From Candidatus Berkelbacteria bacterium (GTDB taxonomy: Bacteria; Patescibacteriota; UBA1384; CAILIB01): DNA of 64,000 nt. The DNA is taken from NCBI GenBank assembly GCA_043751595.1, contig JAYUZR010000035.1, positions 2,534 through 66,533 of the forward strand, in the 5' to 3' direction. A program made the position numbers and the translations under genes. How positions within the stretch are numbered: position 1 is the stretch's first letter; every line of letters begins with the position of its first letter. Below are positions 17,415 to 25,154 of this stretch, piece by piece. Below the pieces are notes generated by a model that had not been told where the DNA came from, did no database searches, and saw nothing but the letters and a program-made list of their open reading frames with translations.

Positions 17415-17815
17415 CTTCTAGCTACATCCTCGACACAAGCGCCTATTCTGCCTTCTTTAAGGGTGATCGACGCCTGCGTCCGTGGTTTACACACACCCAT
17501 AAGATCTTCCTACCCTTAGTGGTTATCGGAGAATTGCGTGCAGGCTTTGCAAATGGGAATAGGACTAGCGAGAATGAAACTCTTTTGGGCAGGTTTTTAG
17601 ACACCGCCAATGTAGACACCCTCCCACTTAGTCTTTCCACAACCAAGTTCTTCGCCGATACCTTTTTACAAGTAAAAAAGTCTGGGAAAGCATTAGGTAC
17701 AAATGACCTTTGGATTGCGGCTCTCGCCAAGGAACATAGCCTGCCGATTCTTACGCTTGATGCTGATTTTCAAAGAATTAAAGGGGTAGAATTACTCGCT
17801 ATCCCCCAAACGTAA
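17405..17815 (+). CDS. vapC: PIN-domain toxin VapC
   Basis: YILDTSAY near the N-terminus, an acidic TLDADF, and NDLWIAALA, the PIN catalytic residues. Confidence 0.6.
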   Translation: MELASSYILDTSAYSAFFKGDRRLRPWFTHTHKIFLPLVVIGELRAGFANGNRTSENETLLGRFLDTANVDTLPLSLSTTKFFADTFLQVKKSGKALGTNDLWIAALAKEHSLPILTLDADFQRIKGVELLAIPQT

Positions 17816-19496
17816 ACGCATTCAAGCTAACACCAGCTGACACCTCTAACGTAAGCTCATAATTCTGGGTAAACGAAGGCTGGGCCACTAATCGATAGAG
17901 GCGAGATTCGTTAAAAGTAACCATCCCATCTTTCACATCACTCCCTGCCTTATCAGCCGGAATTGGCTTTCCATCCAGCAATACCCGCACGGCAACCGGA
18001 GAAGAGGCAGCGCCAACCACATACGCCTCTTTGGAAGAAATCCTGAACCTAAGCTTACTATTGGTTACAGAGGCAATCTTCTCACTATCTACCTTCCAAG
18101 TGCCTTCAAGTGCCCACTGATCTGGGTAGAGTTTATCCGGAAAAGCAAAGGTATTTTCATCCTTAGCTCCCAGTGGTGGAGTTCCAGCAAAGTCGCTGGC
18201 GCGCTTTAAGCCCAAATACGTTTCGGGAGTCTGGTTAGCGCTAATGGGCGTGGTAGCATCTTCCTCAACCGTAGTATCAGAAAGGGTAGCACCAGCTTCC
18301 ACCAACAATCCGCGAATGGCCTGCTCACTTTCCTTGTATTCACCCTCTCCATAGTGCACACGGCGGATCATACCTTTAGCATCAATAAGATATCCTGCTG
18401 GCCAGTACTGATTCTTAAACGCACTCCAGGTTGCAAAGTCATTATCAAGCGCAACAGGGTAGGTAATCCCCTGGTCTTTTACCCCCTTCTCTACGTTGGC
18501 CGCCACCTTCTCAAGGGCAAACTCTGGTGCGTGCACACCAATAATAACCAAGCCTTTATCTGAGTATGCTTTATATAATCCCTCTAGATGTGGATTGTTT
18601 CGGATGCAGTTAATGCAGGTGTAGGTCCAGAAATCGACAAGCACTACCTTACCGCGTAACTCTTGTAGGGTAAGGGGCTTACTATTAATCCAGTTGGTAA
18701 GACCAATAAGCTCGGGAGCCGCCTGCGGAGTAATGTTATACACCTTTCCCTTAGCAATAGGGGGCTGAGTACTGGGAATAAGCTTGGCCGAAAGAGCATC
18801 AAAATTGAAAGGGGTATGGACCGAAACCCAGGTCTGCACCTTTTTATCGTAGCCAGTCACAATAAGAAGTCCGACAATAATAAAGATAACGGCCAAGGTG
18901 CGCTGGAACCAACCACCTGGGTTAGCCGCAAACTTTAACCTGGAAATTAAGGCCCGACCATAGTGACTAATGAGCAGCAAGATGCTGCTCAAGCCAATAA
19001 TATAGGCCGCCATATAGGCCAGCGCCTCGCCAAAACTTACCGGAAGTACGGTTGCCAGGATATAGACATAGAGCGGGCTGCAGCTAGAAAAAACTGGACC
19101 CAGTGCCGCACCCATAATAATGGGACCAAGAAGCGATTGCTTACTATCAGCTCCCTTGTTAAGCGCCTCCTGAGCCTTAGTTTCAATCCCTAATCGGTAC
19201 ATTAAGGTGCTGTAAGCAAGGGGGAAGAAGGTAACAATACCCAGGGCGATGATCAGACCACCAGAAATACTAGTTAACACAACCGGTGGAACCGCAATAA
19301 ATAAGGTAGTTGCCTTAAGTAAAAGGGTGAATAAAGCGAGAGAAACAGCCAGCGAAGCAATGATCACCAACGGTCGTCGCTTATCACTGGCAGAACCCGT
19401 CACCGATCCCCCAATAATTACCGGGAGTAGGGGAAGGACACAGGGAGCAAGTACGGTGAGGATACCGGCCAAGAATGAACCTAAAAGAAGTAGCAT
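17799..19496 (-). CDS. DipZ-like thiol:disulfide interchange protein (CcdA/DsbD membrane domain, TlpA-like thioredoxin, C-terminal beta domain)
   Basis: N-terminal CcdA motif LAPCVLPLLP with multiple TM helices. Redoxin domain VLVDFWTYTCINCIRNNPHL (CxxC). A 150-aa C-terminal domain. The architecture resembles mycobacterial DipZ. Confidence 0.65.
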   Translation of the reverse strand: MLLLLGSFLAGILTVLAPCVLPLLPVIIGGSVTGSASDKRRPLVIIASLAVSLALFTLLLKATTLFIAVPPVVLTSISGGLIIALGIVTFFPLAYSTLMYRLGIETKAQEALNKGADSKQSLLGPIIMGAALGPVFSSCSPLYVYILATVLPVSFGEALAYMAAYIIGLSSILLLISHYGRALISRLKFAANPGGWFQRTLAVIFIIVGLLIVTGYDKKVQTWVSVHTPFNFDALSAKLIPSTQPPIAKGKVYNITPQAAPELIGLTNWINSKPLTLQELRGKVVLVDFWTYTCINCIRNNPHLEGLYKAYSDKGLVIIGVHAPEFALEKVAANVEKGVKDQGITYPVALDNDFATWSAFKNQYWPAGYLIDAKGMIRRVHYGEGEYKESEQAIRGLLVEAGATLSDTTVEEDATTPISANQTPETYLGLKRASDFAGTPPLGAKDENTFAFPDKLYPDQWALEGTWKVDSEKIASVTNSKLRFRISSKEAYVVGAASSPVAVRVLLDGKPIPADKAGSDVKDGMVTFNESRLYRLVAQPSFTQNYELTLEVSAGVSLNAFTFGG

Positions 19497-19588
19497 AATG
19501 ATTTCCTAATCTAGTGAATCCTATTTCTCTGCCACCGGGGAGGGAGTAGAGAAATAGGCTGGAACCGAAGCTCCAGCCCAGTATATGC

Positions 19589-20233
19589 CTACTGAGGCAT
19601 AAGTACGCTCTCGATAACGTGAGTTACTCCGTTGCTGGAGATAACATCAGATGTCTCGATCGCTGCAGTCTGACCAGTAACATCCTTGATCATCAGCATG
19701 CCGTTTTCCATAACAGGCATCAGCTTAGCACCTTGAACAGTGGTAAGAGATTCACCCTTGGTAGCCATCACGCGAAGTGCTGCCGTGGTGTAGGTACCAG
19801 GAACTACGTGGTAGGTAAGAATGCCGGTAAGAGTAGCCTTGTTTTCTGGCTTCTGAACCGCCTCTACGGTTGCGGTAGGAAGCTTAGCAAACGCTGCGTT
19901 GTTAGGAGCAAAGACAGTAAAAGGACCAGCGCTCTTGAGCGTATCAACAAGGCCAGCAAGCTTAACAAGACTTACTACGGTAGTAACGTTGCTCGCGTTT
20001 ACTGCGTTATCAACGATATCCTTGGTCATTACCATCTTAGCACCACCAACGGTTACGCCGTCGGTATCAGACATCATTTTAGAAGAATCTTCCATCATAG
20101 CTGTTTCGTTAGTAGGTGAGTTAGTTTGAGCGCGACTTACGCCGTACCCTACCGCCAAACCGATGATCAGACTGATCACCACTCCTACAATTGTCATAGT
20201 CATGGCGCTGTTTGAGCGTTCGTATTCCTGCAT
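19589..20233 (-). CDS. Fasciclin (FAS1) domain protein, membrane-anchored or secreted
   Basis: FTVFAPNNAAFAKLP, LTYHVVPG and VTHVIESVLMP. Start taken at MQEYERSNS because the longer ORF begins at a TTG. Confidence 0.65.
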   Translation of the reverse strand: MQEYERSNSAMTMTIVGVVISLIIGLAVGYGVSRAQTNSPTNETAMMEDSSKMMSDTDGVTVGGAKMVMTKDIVDNAVNASNVTTVVSLVKLAGLVDTLKSAGPFTVFAPNNAAFAKLPTATVEAVQKPENKATLTGILTYHVVPGTYTTAALRVMATKGESLTTVQGAKLMPVMENGMLMIKDVTGQTAAIETSDVISSNGVTHVIESVLMPQ

Positions 20234-20318
20234 AGAATGTCTTTCGTTATTAGTTGGTAAGGTAATTAGTTTACTATGCAAAGTAAACGTAAAATGATAG
20301 TAATGATACTATTACAGC

Positions 20319-20780
20319 ATGTCAACAACTGAGCCATCGTCGTTTTCGCTTTCCGAAATAACCACCTACCAAGCCGGGGTGGCTCAATCTGCGGTGCACC
20401 GCCTCCTACAGAAGGTATGTGACGATTACCTACAGCGCTATGGGATTAGCAAAATGCACTGGCTGATTATCGGCACCGTGCTCGATGCTGGCGAAGAAGG
20501 AATGCGCCTCACCGAGCTTGCTGAGAAGATGCAGACGGGTATGCCCTACCTCACCACAACCATTAATTTGCTGGAATCTAAAGGAATGCTTAATCGGGTA
20601 GTCAGTGAGCACGATGCCCGCGCCAAGGCAGTTACCGTAAGCAAGAGCTTTGCTAAAAAATGCCCCGAGATTGAACTGGAGCTGAGAAAGCGCCTACGCG
20701 AAACGGTATACGCCAAGGTATCTACCCAAGATTTTACTACCTACATGCGCGTACTCTACTCGCTGCGCGAGGTAGATTAA
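20319..20780 (+). CDS. MarR family transcriptional regulator
   Basis: Winged-HTH pattern (MRLTELAEKMQTGMPYLTTTINLLESKGMLNRVVSEHDARAKAV). Confidence 0.65.
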   Translation: MSTTEPSSFSLSEITTYQAGVAQSAVHRLLQKVCDDYLQRYGISKMHWLIIGTVLDAGEEGMRLTELAEKMQTGMPYLTTTINLLESKGMLNRVVSEHDARAKAVTVSKSFAKKCPEIELELRKRLRETVYAKVSTQDFTTYMRVLYSLREVD

Positions 20781-21865
20781 TCGCTTAGTTTTTGGGTAAT
20801 GAGTAGGCCGTTATCCAGCGGCAGTAGTTTTGAGCGGACTCGCTTATCCAACAGAGAACCTGGAGGGTTATCGCCTAGTACTTTATCTAGGTAGGGCTGC
20901 ATCAGGTGGCCGTAATCAAGTACATTATCGGCGATAATAAAGCCCCCTACTTTAAGGCGCGGCAGGATTAGATCAAAGTAGTGCGTATAATTTTCTTTAT
21001 CGGCGTCCATAAATACAAGGTCGTAGGTGCCTGAATCTTGCTGAAGAATATCAAGGGCATTCCCCTCTCTCTGAGTAATCGAGGTAATTTCCGCTTCAGC
21101 GAATACCTTCTGTGAAATGGAAATCTTTTTGGCCAAGCGCTCGATTGTCATAATCTGACCACCCGTATACGCAGCACCCATGGCAAGATGAAGACCCGAG
21201 TATCCAGCCGAGGTACCAATCTCGAGAATTGAGGTACTGCCAGTTGCCATCACAAAATACCGTAAAAACTCAGCCGTCGTTTTAGGTACCGACCATAACT
21301 TTGCCTGGTCCATTCTTCCCGCCTTACTGCCTGGTGTGTACGCCCAGCCATCTTCGGAAAAGGCTAGCGATTCGGCTACTTTTTGGATTTGAGAGATATC
21401 CACTTCTTCACCAGAGGACTGAATAGGTACTTGGCCAAAACCCTTAAGCACTTCGCCTACCAAATTTTCAGCATCATTTAGATTCCACTGAGTAAGAAAA
21501 AATTGCTGATACAAGGCAACCAGTCCAGCATCTTTTTCTTCTACCAAAAATGGCTCTGGAGTCATCCCGATCTGGACAATTCGGTCATTTAAGATAATGA
21601 GGCCGACTGGCATCGTAAGCTCGCGGTACTTTAGCTTGGTATTAGTAATCTGTGCAAAGGTGCGGCTAGCCATACTCTGTACACCCGCAGAAAAGATGAG
21701 GCGATCGTCCACCCCTTGCTGAACGAAGCTAGCATGAAAGTCTTGAAAAGCCTTCTTTAGCCAACCAAGCTGATACTCGGTGAAGTAGGAAATGGTGTAA
21801 CAAAAATCGGTAGGCGCCAAGGTGCCCAAGTACGCTACAATTTCTTCCTGACCCGTAACCTTCAT
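20777..21865 (-). CDS. Two-domain protein: N-terminal TrmB-C-like domain and C-terminal class I SAM-dependent O-methyltransferase (family 3)
   Basis: C-terminal motifs ILEIGTSAGYSGLHLA, LVFMDADKENY and VGGFIIADNVL. The N-terminal 180 aa resemble the C-terminal domain of the TrmB-like regulator at 23930. Confidence 0.5.
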   Translation of the reverse strand: MKVTGQEEIVAYLGTLAPTDFCYTISYFTEYQLGWLKKAFQDFHASFVQQGVDDRLIFSAGVQSMASRTFAQITNTKLKYRELTMPVGLIILNDRIVQIGMTPEPFLVEEKDAGLVALYQQFFLTQWNLNDAENLVGEVLKGFGQVPIQSSGEEVDISQIQKVAESLAFSEDGWAYTPGSKAGRMDQAKLWSVPKTTAEFLRYFVMATGSTSILEIGTSAGYSGLHLAMGAAYTGGQIMTIERLAKKISISQKVFAEAEITSITQREGNALDILQQDSGTYDLVFMDADKENYTHYFDLILPRLKVGGFIIADNVLDYGHLMQPYLDKVLGDNPPGSLLDKRVRSKLLPLDNGLLITQKLSD

Positions 21866-21874
21866 GCTAACTAA

Positions 21875-22441
21875 TTATTCCTGATACTGGCTCTGCACCT
21901 GTTTTAAGATCTCGCTTGGATCTTCTGTGCCGAAGGTGCTGGTAAAAGTGGTGTACACGTATTGTGAGACAAAATAAAGGAGCGTAAGCGAAAAGGCGCC
22001 GGCAATAATTCCTGTTTTATCCCACTGTTTCTGGGTTTTCATAAAAGCCTCCTCACTTTCCCAAGTCTTTTTATGCCATGCGCGGCGGCGGGCAAAGAAG
22101 GCGAGTGGAATAAGCAGGGGAATAGTGTACACAAACACGCTGGCCAGAGCGCTAAAAATCATGAAGGGCCAGTCTTTCATGGCCGCGTAATACACTGGAC
22201 CATATACCAGGGCTGCCCAAGAAAACCCGCCGGGTTCAGCACCAGAAGTTTGTGCACCAGCTACCGCCCTAATTTGTGCCAAGACTTCTGGTGGGAGCTC
22301 GGAAGCTATCGGCCCTGCCTGGGTTGGGACTGCTTCTGGGACAAGATGAAGTTTTGCCCGAAGCTCTGGAGGAATGGTAGCGAGCTCTTCTGGAGAAAGA
22401 GTTACGGGTTGCGGATTGGGAGAAAGCGGTTCAGGTTGCAC
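21875..22441 (-). CDS. Hypothetical membrane protein with a Pro-rich N-terminus and 2-3 TM helices
   Basis: ORF with hydrophobic helices. No recognisable domain. Confidence 0.3.
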   Translation of the reverse strand: MQPEPLSPNPQPVTLSPEELATIPPELRAKLHLVPEAVPTQAGPIASELPPEVLAQIRAVAGAQTSGAEPGGFSWAALVYGPVYYAAMKDWPFMIFSALASVFVYTIPLLIPLAFFARRRAWHKKTWESEEAFMKTQKQWDKTGIIAGAFSLTLLYFVSQYVYTTFTSTFGTEDPSEILKQVQSQYQE

Positions 22442-22464
22442 GGGATAAGTGTAGCAGAGAAAGT

Positions 22465-22806
22465 CTACACCTCTTCAATAAGGACTCTTACAAAGCTTGC
22501 CGCTTTAGCCACAAGTTTGCTCGGGGCTTTTTCAATAAACACCATTTTGCGAGCTCCGCTATCAACACTACGTACGTGAATAGGAAGTAACACTCCCTGC
22601 GTCTGACAGCCTTCTAGAGTAATTTCGTAGGGAAGGTTTTTTACCTTAGAAGTAATCGGACAAATAACCGCAAGCCCGGTATGGCGAGTAAAGACCTTGG
22701 GTGATAGCACCAGCGCCGGCCTTCTTCCGGATTGCTCATGCCCCACGCGAGGGTCGAGCAGTAGCCAGACAATATCTCCCCTCTCAGGAATGTAGAGCTC
22801 ATTCAT
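22465..22806 (-). CDS. mazF: MazF/PemK family endoribonuclease toxin
   Basis: ERGDIVWLLLDPRVGHEQSGRRPALVLSP matches the MazF signature (GDLIWVDFDPTKGSEQAGHRPAVVLSP). Confidence 0.7.
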   Translation of the reverse strand: MNELYIPERGDIVWLLLDPRVGHEQSGRRPALVLSPKVFTRHTGLAVICPITSKVKNLPYEITLEGCQTQGVLLPIHVRSVDSGARKMVFIEKAPSKLVAKAASFVRVLIEEV

Positions 22807-23050
22807 AGTTTTCGGCGCCAAGATCGAGCCCCCAATCCAGTTCGCCGGCAACAAGTTCAGGCGTAACGCCCGCTAACATATCGCCAAGAGAAGGCACATC
22901 CTCCTTGAGTGGACTAAGGATAACCGAGCCCCCCTTTACCGTAATCTCGAGGCGCTGATTAAGCTGCAGGTGAGCCGCAAGGAGCACTTGCTTGGGTAGG
23001 CGAATACCGGCGCTATTACCCCAAGATTGTAGGGTTTGGATGATGGTCAT
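22799..23050 (-). CDS. mazE: MazE-like antitoxin (SpoVT/AbrB swapped-hairpin domain)
   Basis: SWGNSAGIRLPKQVL motif. 8-nt overlap with mazF. Confidence 0.55.
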   Translation of the reverse strand: MTIIQTLQSWGNSAGIRLPKQVLLAAHLQLNQRLEITVKGGSVILSPLKEDVPSLGDMLAGVTPELVAGELDWGLDLGAENYE

Positions 23051-23062
23051 ATGTATACATAT
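23049..23062. promoter_or_regulatory. Perfect 14-bp palindrome ATATGTATACATAT spanning the mazE start codon (candidate autoregulatory operator)
   Basis: Read directly from the sequence. AbrB-fold antitoxins usually bind palindromes overlapping their own promoter or start. Confidence 0.3.
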
Positions 23063-23126
23063 ATATACTTTTAATTGAGTGTCAAGTATGAAGAAGGCGC
23101 CCACCCTCGCAAGCACTATGGATTAG

Positions 23127-23168
23127 CTAGGAATACAAAAAGTCACCTCCGCCGAAATTCGGCAGAGG
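23127..23168 (-). terminator. Rho-independent terminator of gene 23195..23815
   Basis: On the minus strand the hairpin TCACCTCTGCCGAA-t-TTCGGCGGAGGTGA is followed by CTTTTT. Confidence 0.5.
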
Positions 23169-23194
23169 TGATGATATGAGTAGCGTAGGCACAC

Positions 23195-23815
23195 TTACCT
23201 TGAGTACCTTACAACTTTTAGAAAAAGGGGCTCTCCGGTGATTGCCGACGTACCAACCTGACCACTGAAAAGGTCTTCCGCCTGCCAGCTTGCCATACTA
23301 GCCTTAACCAAGGGAGTATGATCAAACAATTCAATCCCTTTCAGCGAAACCTGCTCGATGTAGTCCGTATCGAACAGGTCAAGGCTAATGACAGCTTCAT
23401 TCGCCCCTGAAGACTGAACAATAGCCAACACTTCCGCTACGCTCTCTGGTTGCATTTGGGCAAAAACACTTGAGAAGATAATCATGCAGGGTCCCGGACC
23501 GATAATCTTCAGCGCCTCAGCAAGTCCTTCGGGACCAGGTGTTGCCACAACCTGTTCATAAAGAGGTAATGTGATTTCGCGCGCTAGCGACAAGGGCTCG
23601 ACACCGATTCCTCGCGGAATACGCAAGGAGTGTTGAGATAGCCTACGGGGCAGACTACCGATGAGACACCCGTAATCGATGAAGGGTAGCTGCAGCTCTC
23701 CTACTAAGCCGCAAACAGCATCCAGGTCTCTCCTCGGCATACGAAGGTAGCGCCGTAGCGCCTCCTCCGAATAGAAGTCGTTCAGACTTCCTAGTTGTTT
23801 TGTACTTTCCGACAT
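23195..23815 (-). CDS. Hypothetical protein
   Basis: A 206-aa ORF with its own terminator. No domain recognised. Confidence 0.3.
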   Translation of the reverse strand: MSESTKQLGSLNDFYSEEALRRYLRMPRRDLDAVCGLVGELQLPFIDYGCLIGSLPRRLSQHSLRIPRGIGVEPLSLAREITLPLYEQVVATPGPEGLAEALKIIGPGPCMIIFSSVFAQMQPESVAEVLAIVQSSGANEAVISLDLFDTDYIEQVSLKGIELFDHTPLVKASMASWQAEDLFSGQVGTSAITGEPLFLKVVRYSR

Positions 23816-23929
23816 ACTACCTCCCTTTTCTTTTTCTTAGATCAGGGCGCCCAAGAAGTATCAACTACCTAGTAAGATGCTTGTTATTTACTTTTTGATT
23901 AACTGATTAAGTTATGGTATTTACATCTT

Positions 23930-24703
23930 ATGACGACAAACCTCGACAAATCTTCTTTAGCTGCCTTATCGCTATTTGAACTCCGCCCAACGGAAGAAAA
24001 GGTTTACCTAACGTGCCTTATACATGGCTCACTTAGTGCGCAAGCTATCGCTAAAATAAGCGGACTCAAGCGAACAACTGTTTATGGCTTGTGTGACTAC
24101 TTGCAACAAAAAGGGCTCCTTAAATTCTACCAACAGCGCAGTCACCGACTATTCTACGCAGAGCATCCTTCTGTTCTTGTTAAGAAAGCCCAAGAAAATG
24201 CAAGGGAAGCAGCTACCAAGGCTGCGGACTTGGAGCGCAACTTACCTGTTCTTAGTATGCTGTATCAGCGGGGAGATCATCAGCCATATGTCCAAGTCTT
24301 CACAGGACAAGAGCAGATTCGCCAAGCTGTTGAAGGAGTACTAGAGCAAAGCCCCGACGAGGTACTTTTTGTTGCAACACCCTCTATACTTGAAGATGTT
24401 TTGGGGAAAAGCCATCTCGAACGGTATTTAGACAGAAGGGTAAAGCTGAAGATTGCAACACGCGGCATTTATACAAGGGATCAATTACCAAATGAGACCT
24501 ATCTAGGAACAACTCAAAACCTTAGGGAAGTTAGAATTGCGCTGCCTGACTTTACAGCACCGACCTATACGGGAATTTATAATAATACGGTATTGCTTAT
24601 ATCTAATCAGGTAGAGGCTACCGCTGTGCGCATTACCTCTAAAGCCTATGCCGACACAGTGAGGAGTTGGTTTGAAGTCTTATGGAAGAGTCTTGAGCAA
24701 TAG
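23930..24703 (+). CDS. TrmB-like HTH transcriptional regulator
   Basis: N-terminal winged HTH (EEKVYLTCLIHGSLSAQAIAKISGLKRTTVYGLCDYLQQKGLL) plus a C-terminal TrmB-type domain. Confidence 0.5.
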   Translation: MTTNLDKSSLAALSLFELRPTEEKVYLTCLIHGSLSAQAIAKISGLKRTTVYGLCDYLQQKGLLKFYQQRSHRLFYAEHPSVLVKKAQENAREAATKAADLERNLPVLSMLYQRGDHQPYVQVFTGQEQIRQAVEGVLEQSPDEVLFVATPSILEDVLGKSHLERYLDRRVKLKIATRGIYTRDQLPNETYLGTTQNLREVRIALPDFTAPTYTGIYNNTVLLISNQVEATAVRITSKAYADTVRSWFEVLWKSLEQ

Positions 24704-24781
24704 AACAACTTCGCACTGCGGCGCGCTCAACTTATATTGAGCAGAACGAACCAATGGTTTCGAGCTCAGGCGGGCATAAAC

Positions 24782-24820
24782 AAAAAAGAAGAGAAGAGCA
24801 GCAGCTCTTCTCTTCTTTTT
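24782..24820. terminator. Rho-independent terminator, usable in both directions (12-bp perfect stem)
   Basis: AAAAAA-GAAGAGAAGAGC-agca-GCTCTTCTCTTC-TTTTT. It ends the TrmB-like gene on the plus strand and tRNA-Asn on the minus strand. Confidence 0.65.
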
Positions 24821-24894
24821 GGCTCCCCCGGCTGGGCTCGAACCAGCGACATCCTCGTTAACAGCGAGGCGCTCTACCACTGAGCTACAGGGGA
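24820..24894 (-). tRNA. tRNA-Asn (GTT), CCA encoded
   Basis: Cloverleaf read by eye: acceptor UCCCCUG/CGGGGGA with U1-A72 as in E. coli tRNA-Asn, anticodon loop CUGUUAA, T-loop TTCGAGC. Confidence 0.85.
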
Positions 24895-24930
24895 CTAAAC
24901 GAGTGGAAAGCGAGAGCTTGCTCTCAGCTT

Positions 24931-25091
24931 TATCGCGAGCGACGTCCCCTGTATTGCGAAGCAATACACCAGGAGCCTCTACGCGTACTCTAGTTTCTCC
25001 GAACGGAGTGAACCCTGTATCGCGAAGCGATACAGGAGACACAAGACTATCGCGAGTGACGTCCCCTGTCTTGCGAAGCAAGACTAGGAGT
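24931..25091. repeat. Array of three covarying stem-loops, each built around the GCGAAGC mini-hairpin heptamer
   Basis: Units: CCTGTATTGC-GAA-GCAATACA, CCTGTATCGC-GAA-GCGATACAGG (10-bp perfect stem), CCTGTCTTGC-GAA-GCAAGAC. Units 1 and 3 are preceded by TATCGCGAG(C/T)GACGTCC. Located between the PEP-utilizing gene stop and the tRNA-Asn 5' end. Confidence 0.5.
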
Positions 25092-25154
25092 CACAACACC
25101 TCCTAACAAACACCCTCGAACCTTAGCAAAGCTTCGCCAACAGATCAAGACCTA

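Noticed and set aside
19497-19588. The inverted repeat CCTATTTCTCT ... AGAGAAATAGG and the GGCTGGA..TCCAGCC hairpin between the fasciclin and DipZ-like genes.
   Set aside because: Probably just the fasciclin terminator and DipZ promoter region. No T-tract or conservation evidence to call a specific element.
24931-25091. The repeat-plus-variable-stem pattern of the GCGAAGC hairpins briefly looked like a short CRISPR array.
   Set aside because: The units are unequal in length. The spacers are the covarying stem halves rather than unique sequences. There are only three units, and no cas genes occur anywhere in the window.
24819-25106. A 95-aa plus-strand ORF and a 133-aa minus-strand ORF (24680..25081).
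   Set aside because: They overlap tRNA-Asn, the terminator and the hairpin array. Their Ser/Arg/Pro-rich translations are typical of non-coding GC-rich repeats.
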